DNA of 64,000 bases from Phaeosaccion multiseriatum. Lineage: Eukaryota; Protista; Ochrophyta, other classes. The stretch spans positions 1,736,001-1,800,000 of the forward strand of contig OZ218965.1 in the NCBI GenBank assembly GCA_965112735.1. Reading direction: 5' to 3'. Below the pieces are notes generated by a model, which was not told the DNA's origin, ran no database searches, and worked only from the letters and a program-made list of their open reading frames with translations. The stretch's first letter is position 1, and the number at the start of each line of letters is the position of its first letter. Made by a program: the position numbers and the translations under genes. Shown here one piece after another: positions 56,278 to 64,000 of the stretch.

Positions 56278-57439
56278 GGTAGGCGGAGTGTGACGAAGTG
56301 CACTCACTGCGTGGTGACAGAGACGGAGCATGAGGATTAGAACTGGCTCGGGCCGAGAGAGAGGACAGACGGGCAGGGCAGACAATTAGAAACGACGAGG
56401 GCGACTCTCGATATGTGTCTTGAGAGGCAGAGAGGAGAGAGAGAGAGAGAGAAGGCAGTGAGAGAGAGGAGAGCTCATCTTTCTTCAATTTTGAGACGAC
56501 AGGGAGGAAGGAGGGAGGAAGACATTAGTGACAAGACAGATGATCCCAGCGAGGAGGAGAAGGAAAGGGAAGAGGAGCGGGGGGGGGGAGGGGGGGAGGG
56601 GAAGGATCACATCAAAGCCTGAGTGAATAGTGAATAGTAGAGTTAGGGGGAAAGAGAGGCTTTGGGAATGGGTGGGTCCTGGACATATAATAGAGGAGGA
56701 GGGGTGGTTTATGGTTATATAACTGGGTTGAGCTTAGGCGGTAGTGCACTTTACCACAGATAATGATGTATAATGAAAAGATTGTTCAAGACAACAAAAC
56801 GAAACGGCACATCAACCCCAGGGGAGGAGCTCAGCCTGGGCCTGCTCGTTGCTTAGCTAACATGGCGTTGTTTGTTTGGCGTTGCCACATTGTGCTTAGC
56901 GCCTTGACGATACGGAGAACACGAGGCAGCAGGTTGTAATCGAAGCCACCATAATAAAAAAGACGCGTAAGTCATGGAACTCTCTCTCTGGGTTATTATT
57001 TTATTGCACTCCCCTTGCCCCCCCACCGCTACCCGGGATCAAGATACCCTTACGTAAGGTCCTCATGGCCCTTACGTACTTTTTGACTTCACCTTTGGCA
57101 AAGGGGTAATCGACTTGTTGGAGAGGTGAATGGTGATGGAGCCAAGCTGGTGCTCCAGAGTGAAGCCGAGGAAGGGAGAGCCCCGTGATGGAGAGACGCT
57201 CGTCAGGGCAGGACGCGTAGGAGGCGTCCGCGTTAAGCGATCACATATGTCAAGGATCCAAGACTGCGTAAGTACAACCGTAGGATGAGTTTCAGGACTG
57301 TATCACTGCCTTCCCACCCTTCTGCTGTGTACTCTTCTCAAACGCCTTTGCCGATGGACGTCCTTCCAGAGAGACGCCCCCCCCCGCCACCGCCACCGCC
57401 GCCCCGCCCTGGCCCTGCTGTGCCGCACAAAGCCGAGCA

Positions 57440-57797
57440 GGGGCGCCCAAGAGGGGACGAAACCCTCACCACCAGGAGGGGGCCTCACCAACCAGCAGGG
57501 GATGGGGATGATCGCAATCGAGCAACGCCAGGTATGGGAGGAGGTCGACTACGAGGAGGGCATGAATGGGCTGCAGACCGTCATGTTCTTCAGAGCCCTT
57601 CAAGATGGGGCTCACCTGGAGGAAGATACGCCTATACGGAGAAGCTCGGGTGGGTGTGGGCAGCCTACAACCAAGCGCATCTCCTCTACAACACCGCGAC
57701 ACCGAGACGGGGGAGCGCTCCACCGCACGAGAAGTACTTCAAGAGGAAGCCGGCACCTCCCGTACGTCATCTTCCCGGTCTCAGCAACGACTATTGA
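57440..57797 (+). mobile_element. Degenerate Ty1/copia pol remnant
   Basis: IEQRQVWEEVDYEEGMNGLQTVMFFRALQDG resembles the copia RT start. In another frame, WVWAAYNQAHLLYNTATP..PHEKYFKRKP resembles the copia integrase C-terminus. Frameshifted; no LTRs seen. Confidence 0.5.
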
Positions 57798-58562
57798 TCA
57801 CCCGGCACCGCTGTAAGGCTTCAAGGTGCCAGGTGATTGATAAGTCGTCGCTGAGGCCGGGAAGATGACGTTGGCGTAGCCCTGGACCCCATAACCCACC
57901 CCCTGTTCCACACCAAGAGTCAGCCCCCAAAGCAGCCCCAACAGCTGCCTGCCAACCTCCTGCGGCGTGCTCAGAACCCTGCTCTCGCCCGCTTTTTGTC
58001 GTGCTTGCCATCATCGCACACACACCCCATCCGCAGGTCCTAGGCTCCTCTCCAAGGTTAGCAGCACCAGTAGGGAGAGGCGACGGGCGAGAGGGGAAGG
58101 TACCAACCAGGACGAATGCAGCTCTGCTCTGGGTCAGCCCGGGCAAACCACAGGAGCAAGGTTGAAAGAAGACCCCTTGTTGTGGGGGGAAGCCCCGCGC
58201 GAGAAGATGGCTGCTCCATGACCCCGGCATATACTTGCTGTGACGATTCCTCTCTTGTGGTCGTAGCACTTTTTTCCCTCGACTTTTGCTCCTCTCCACC
58301 TCGACCCGGAAATGCGATCCCCAAACCTTAGGCAGAGAGGAAGCGAAGGGACAGCCAGCATGTTGTAGCATGTAGCAATGGCTCCTACCGGGGACAGGCA
58401 AGTCTCTCGAGCCTCTGTCTGCATCTGCAGCCTCACTGCTAGCCCCCATCCCTCCCTCCCTCCCTCCCTCCCTCCCTCTGTCTGACCAGGGATGATGTAT
58501 GGCTGCAGACACTGATTGCAGCGGTGATTCCAGCGGCCGCAGGATCCCACCGCACCTCCTCC

Positions 58563-59587
58563 TCAATCTCTCGCAGGGTTGGCCTCGAAGTTCTTTATTG
58601 CGAAGGAGCTCCCGCAGCCGCACGCGCTCTCGCTATTGGGATTGTTGAGCACGACAAAGGCCGACCGCATCATGTCCTGCAGTGACAGCAGCAGCAGCAG
58701 CAGCCAAGTTCAGGGCGGCGGAGTGAGTCATGTATGTAAAGATGGAAAAGAGCACGAGTTCGAGTATGGTGAGGTAGGGGACAGGAGAGAGAGGGGGGTG
58801 GATGAATCGATGGAATGACAGCACTGCAGCACAAAGCGAAGCCTCTCTTCACACACCTGCGTAAAGTCCAAGGTGGCGCCTTTGACAAACTCGAGACTGG
58901 TCTCGTCCACCACCACCTCGGCCCCGTCACGCGCAAACACGCTGGAAGAGGAAGGGAAGGGGCGGGGCAAAGGAAAAGGGAACAATGAAGACCGAGTTTG
59001 CATAACTTGAGCAATGAATGCCCCTTTCAATTTTGTTGTATCTGAGACCCAGCACACACTATGCAACCACGACCGTCCTTCCTCCGCACCCACCTGTCCT
59101 CCTCTGGGTCCACGTCCTCCGTATCCATCTCGAAGTTGTAGCTGAAGCCCGAGCATCCGCCGCCCTCGACGCTGAGCCGGAGCCGGAGGTTGGGACAGTC
59201 CTTTTGCTCTCGCAGAAGCGCAATCCTCTGGGCGCAGCTCTTGGTGAGCAGCACCTCGTCGGCTGCGGGCATCGCAGAGAAGGAGAGAGCCAACATCCCG
59301 CGGGGCAAGGCATCGAAGCCACCGAGACCCCGCAGCGACTCCTGCCCCCGCGGGAGATAGGAAGCACGCAATCCTACATGAGTGGGCGCCAGCAGGCCAC
59401 TACTGTCCCTCCTCCTCCTTCTGCCGCCGCTCCGGGTGCTGCTGCTGTTGCCCGAGCTGCTCCTGCTCGAGCTGGAGAAAGCCGCTGCTGCTGGCGGTAT
59501 CCACCGCCGAAAGAGGTACCGGCTGCTGCTCAGCCGCAGGCCCTGGCCCGCTGCGTGCGCCATTTCCTTCACCACAACTCCAGCCAT
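58563..59587 (-). CDS. ISCA2: Iron-sulfur cluster assembly A-type protein ISCA2, mitochondrial
   Basis: LRLSVEGGGCSGFSYNF, VVVDETSLEFVKGATLDF and NPNSESACGCGSSF, with an R/S-rich presequence. Exons 59587-59094, 58941-58857, 58676-58563. Confidence 0.93.
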
Positions 59588-59841
59588 CTCCTCCTCCTTT
59601 TTCTTTTTCCCTCTTTCCCCCACCTTCTCAAAGGCCAATGAATTGAAACTCGTCCCCCGGGGTGATTGAGCTCCCCCCAGAGAGAAGGCCTTGCACCAAC
59701 CACGACGCAACGAACGAGGAGAGAGAACGAGGGAGAGAGAGGGAGAGAAAGAGGTAGAAGCATAGGGAGGACAAGAGGAACAGGGCAGGGTAAAGAGGGC
59801 GATGGTGGAAAACCCATGTGCTCTCCGCTAGCGACTTAGGA

Positions 59842-62800
59842 ATGAGTGTTGAACAAGAAAGGCCTGGGAAAAGACCTTTTCGGATGATCGGGGGGGAGGC
59901 CCAAGCCTTTGGCGCGCCAACCACGACGGTGCTACTGGAGAAGAGGGTGGAAGCTACTACCGGGGAGCAGCGTCGAATGGCGCCTGCCGCCACTGCGATC
60001 GGGGGGGAGGTGGAAGCCAAAACCTTCCACCTCGAACTTGTTAAGCAGGAGGAGGAGGAGGAGAGGCGCAGGCAGCTCTCGAACGGACAGACCGTATCTG
60101 TTTTGTCTTTCAGGAGAGGTAGCAGGGACGACGAAGCTCTGGGCGTGACTGCTCCGAGAGTCTTGAAGGTGTTCGCGAGGCTGCCAGAGGGGTGTCCCTA
60201 CATTGGATCTTTCCACTATGCCCCATCGTAAGTGTGCTTGGCCTTCTCCCTCCGTCTGCATCAATTGCGTCTCCCTACGTCTGTATCAATTGGCTTCTCC
60301 CTCTACGTCTGTATCAATGGCCTTCTCCCTCCGTCTGTATCAATTGGCTTCTCCCTCTACGTCTGTATCAAAGGCCTCTCCCTGCGATTATGCCTATAGC
60401 GTGACTTCCCCTTTTGATTGCCCTGCGTAGCACCCGTCTGAACACCCTCTCTACTTTGCTTCCGTGGCCTCAGATCGAGCCAGAAAAACGCCGCTTTCTT
60501 TGAGGAGCAGCTTGTCCCCGAGGAAGAGATGGAGGTGAGGAGGAGCGGACAAAAGAGAAACAACGGGGGAAAATACAGGGACAGGGGCACAGTGGGAGTG
60601 TTCCGGTTCAGCGAGGAACAAGGAGGAACGAGGGGCGTCGGTGGTTGGTGGATCGGGGGGGGGGGGGGGGCGGGCCGGGAGGGTGTTTGGTGGTTTTCTA
60701 GGGAGAGAGGGAGAGGGTATATTCGTAGTAGGACTAGTGGTTGTATCAAGGAGGTAGTTTACGAGTGGTGATCGCCAGGGAAGTGGCTTAGAGAGAGTAG
60801 TAGAGAAGCGGCAAGGTTGCCAGTCCAACCTACTCTTGTCCCCCCATTTCCCTTCATGGCTCGCATGCCTGCCTCCGCTTCCCTCCTTCCGTTGTTGATC
60901 AACCCTCCCCCCTCAACCTCCTCCTAGCGCCTGAGGCGAGTGCGGTTGCACCCTCTCACGGGCAACTTCCACAGCCGCCCGGGCCACTACAGCAAGCTTC
61001 ACGGGCTCAAGAAGTTCTGCCCCGTGGATGGCAGCAGACGGCTGAGAGGCGCCGGCTTGTCTACTGAGCAGCTCGCCAATCGGAAGCGTCTCGAGGTGAT
61101 TCGACTCCTCAAACTCTCTCTGGCGGAGGAGCAGTACCTGCCCCCGGGGGGTGTGGAGAGGTGGAGGGCGGACGATCTTTATCGTGGCCCAGGTGAGAGC
61201 GGGTGTCGTGATTGCGTGCGTGCGTACGTGAGTTGAATGAGTTGTAAGAATGAGTGAGTGCGCGAGTGCGTGAGTGCGTGAGTGTGTGTGAGTGTGTGAG
61301 TGCGTGAGTGTGTGAGTGTGTGTGAGTGCGTGAGTGCTGAGTAGTGCGTGAGTCTGCAGTTGAGAGAGTTAAGTTAAGCTCACGGGCAAAGGCAAAGGCA
61401 CAGGCACTAACTCTCAAGTGCAACACGTGCTTGATTGACTGACTGACTGATTGATTGACTGATTGATTGATTGACTGATTGATTGATTGATTGATTGACT
61501 GATTGACTGACTGATTGATTGATTGACTGATTGATTGATTGGCTGACTGATTGATTGATTGACTGATTGATTGATTGATTGATTGATTGATTGCTCATTG
61601 CTCGACACTGGATAGACGGTGACGATATCATGAGCTTCGACGGCTCTCGAGGAAGGAGGGAGCTCTCCTGGGAAGGAGTGGACAAGGCAGCCATCAACCA
61701 AGTCGTCTCACCCAGCTACAGCTGCGGCCGGGAGCAACCGCAGCGGTGGGCTCACAGTCTACTCCTGACGAGGGTCAAGGGAGGGGGCAAGGGAGAGAGG
61801 GGAAGAGGAGAAGGAGGAGAGGGGGGGGAGGACAGCGGGAGCGACGTGGAGTTGGAGCGCGACGTGTTTGGTGAGGCGTACACAGCAGTTGGTGATACAG
61901 ATCGGGCCTTGACCGCAGCAGTTGGTGATACAGCCTCAGCACAGGCGTCCCCGTCCATGGGAAATCGGGTGAGATTGGCGAGCAACGGCAGCGTTCGGTC
62001 GGGGGGGGAGGGAGAGGAGGAGGAGGAAGGGGAGGGCGAGGGGGAAGGGTCCAAGAGAGAGCCCCTAATCGGTCAAGCGACCACCATGATGCGCCACTAC
62101 TTTCATCACCAGAAGCAGCACTGGGGCAGCAGCGAGTCGAGGGGGGCGGAGGGGGACGGCCACGGCAGCGGCAGTGGTAGTGGTGGCGGCAGTGGATATG
62201 ATGGAGCGATAGGGTTTGGCCGAGGGCCAAGAGAGAGGGCACGAAGCAGCAGCAACGGTAGCGGGAGCGGTGGCGGTAATGCCATGTGGGGCTCTCCTCC
62301 CGGAGGGTCAGGGTCGGGCTCGGGCAGCTCAGAAGGAGCGCTCGGAGGAGGAGGAGGAGGAGGAGCAGGAGGAGGAGGAGGAGGGGGAAACGGGTACTTT
62401 TCACCACTCTCCTCCTCTCCGCCCATGCCGTCACATACGCTTGCTGCGGCAGAGGCGATCGCCAGGGCAAGAGCACGCTCAATGTCCATTGGCAGATCGA
62501 CCAACGTTAACGTCCATGAGCACACGTTATTACAACGCTCCAACCGAGGGTCCAGCTTCACGAGCGTGGGAATGGGGGGGGGGAGGTCGGGGCAAGACGG
62601 AGGGGGCGGTACTGACTTTGAGCATAAGCGGCGCCATAAGCATCGAGGCTGGCAGAGCCACACGCGGCAGGCACAGGAGAAGACGGAAGTGTTTCTCACA
62701 CAGAAGGGCCGATTGGAGAGAGGCATGGAGCCGGATCGGATCATGGAGTCCGTAGGGCTGGAGAGTGCGTACGAGCTGATGGACCAGGGGGTGTTGGGGG

Positions 62801-63858
62801 AGGGAGCGTACAGCGTGGTCAAGGCGGGTATGCACAGGGCCACGGGGAGACGGGTGGCTGTCAAGATCATCCAGAAGCGCTATCTCTTCTCGGAGGAGGA
62901 GAAGGTGAGGGAGGGGAGGGAAGGAGGAGGGGAGGGAGGGGAGGAAGGAAGGAAACGAGGAGGAGGGGAAGGGAGGGACAGAGGGTTACTGTCTATATGT
63001 CTGTATGTCTGTCTGTCTTCCTGCCCATATGCGTCTGTCTGTCGTGGTGGTTGAGACGCTGCCCCCCCCCCCCGAGCCCCCCTGGGCCCCCCTTCCTCTC
63101 CTTTCTGTGTCCCCTCTCTTCGTACTCTGATCTTGCCGCCCTCCTTCTCTCCCCTCCCCTCCCTCCCTCCCCTCCTCCCCTCCCCTCCCCTCCCCTCCCT
63201 CCCCCTTCCCCCCCCCCTCCTCTCCCCTTCCCCCCCCCCTCCTCTCCCCTTCCCCCCCCCCTCCTCTCCCCTCCCCTCCTCCTCTCCCCTCCGTCCCCTC
63301 CCCTCCCCTCCCCTCCCCTCCCCTCCCCTCCGTCCCCTCCCCTCCCCTCCCCTCCCCTCCCCTCCCCTCCCCTCCCGGGTCGTCACGTCCTCTTCCCTTC
63401 AGGCGTGCATTGAGCGTGAGATTGAGAATCAGCAGCGTCTCGTGCACCCGCACGTGGTCCGCCTCTTCCAGGTACGATAATCGATGTCGATTTTCTAATC
63501 GATATCTATAAATATTCGCATGTTCGGTACTTTTACGCACCTCTATTCTCTTTGCTCCCTTAAATACTCAAGAGCAAACTCAAAACTCAAACCGAACCCA
63601 AGCTCCAAGTCCACGCAGCCCGCAACATAACCCAAACGCAAACCTTCATGTTCATTGACTTACTTACTGTCTGTCTGTCTGTCTGTGCAGGTGTACGATA
63701 CGCCTGACACCATCTGCCTGGTGACTGAACGCTGCACAAGGGGCACATTGGCAGAGCTGCTTGCCCTCAGGGGCCGCCTCACAGAGCTGGAGTGCAAGAG
63801 GATACTCAAGCAGATACTCGAGGCAGTCGTGTTTATGCACGCTGTGGGCATTGTGCAT
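59842..63858 (+). CDS. CAMK-group Ser/Thr protein kinase with a long N-terminal extension (3' end beyond the window)
   Basis: LGEGAYSVV, VAVKII, IEREI, HPHVVRL and FMHAVGIVH. Exons 59842-60227, 60474-60534, 60928-61192, 61616-62904, 63403-63471, 63691-63858 join in frame. Confidence 0.88.
60241..60383. repeat. About 26-bp intronic minisatellite, 5 copies (cttctccctctacgtctgtatcaatgg-like)
   Basis: cgtctg(t/c)atcaa recurs five times in kinase intron 1. Confidence 0.85.
61431..61592. repeat. (TTGA/CTGA)n tetranucleotide array just upstream of an acceptor
   Basis: About 40 units at the 3' end of kinase intron 61193-61615. Confidence 0.92.
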
Positions 63859-64000
63859 GTGAGTGAAGGAGGGAGCGAGGAGGAGGGAGAGAGAGAGCGA
63901 GGGTGGAGGGGGGGGGAGGGAGGGAGGGAGGGAGGGAGGGAGGGAGGGAGGGAGGGAGGGAGGGAGGAGAGAGGCAGAGAAGGAGGGGAAGGAGGGAGGG

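Noticed and set aside
49565-59587. Functional cluster of CHLH with an Fe-S assembly gene
   Set aside because: ISCA2 has a mitochondrial-type presequence, the genes are convergent and separated by TE debris, and no pathway link is supported.

Overview
Intron-rich, GC-rich, microsatellite-laden eukaryotic nuclear DNA, almost certainly from a photosynthetic stramenopile (ochrophyte): the Mg-chelatase H gene has a bipartite signal peptide plus ASAFAP-type (TSA|FTTAP) plastid presequence. I reconstructed about 16 genes by hand from GT/GC-AG sites and reading-frame continuity. They are a 3-repeat Myb, an ankyrin protein, a large 2xWW protein, a small Trp-rich orphan, a REXO1-like exonuclease, a signal-peptide-bearing proteasome alpha3 subunit, a PPP phosphatase, an uncharacterised GT-like protein, a SETD3/LSMT-like methyltransferase, YIPF5, dynein LIC, MED22, a coiled-coil protein, CHLH, ISCA2 and a CAMK-type kinase cut by the window end. 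Most long ORFs in the track are shadow frames or exon+intron read-throughs. Best leads: (1) many introns have G/purine-rich repeats at the donor and complementary C/pyrimidine-rich repeats at the acceptor (candidate structure-bridged splicing), and the 5' repeats often reiterate the donor motif itself; (2) a probable periplastid (symbiont-derived) 20S proteasome subunit; (3) a 1.9-kb nested-palindrome tandem duplication carrying P-loop ATPase fragments beside a hAT-like end; (4) a foldback element inserted at a TA inside the TIR of a CAC...GTG MITE; (5) six head-to-head gene pairs. No database searches or folding computations were run; all assignments come from motif recognition.
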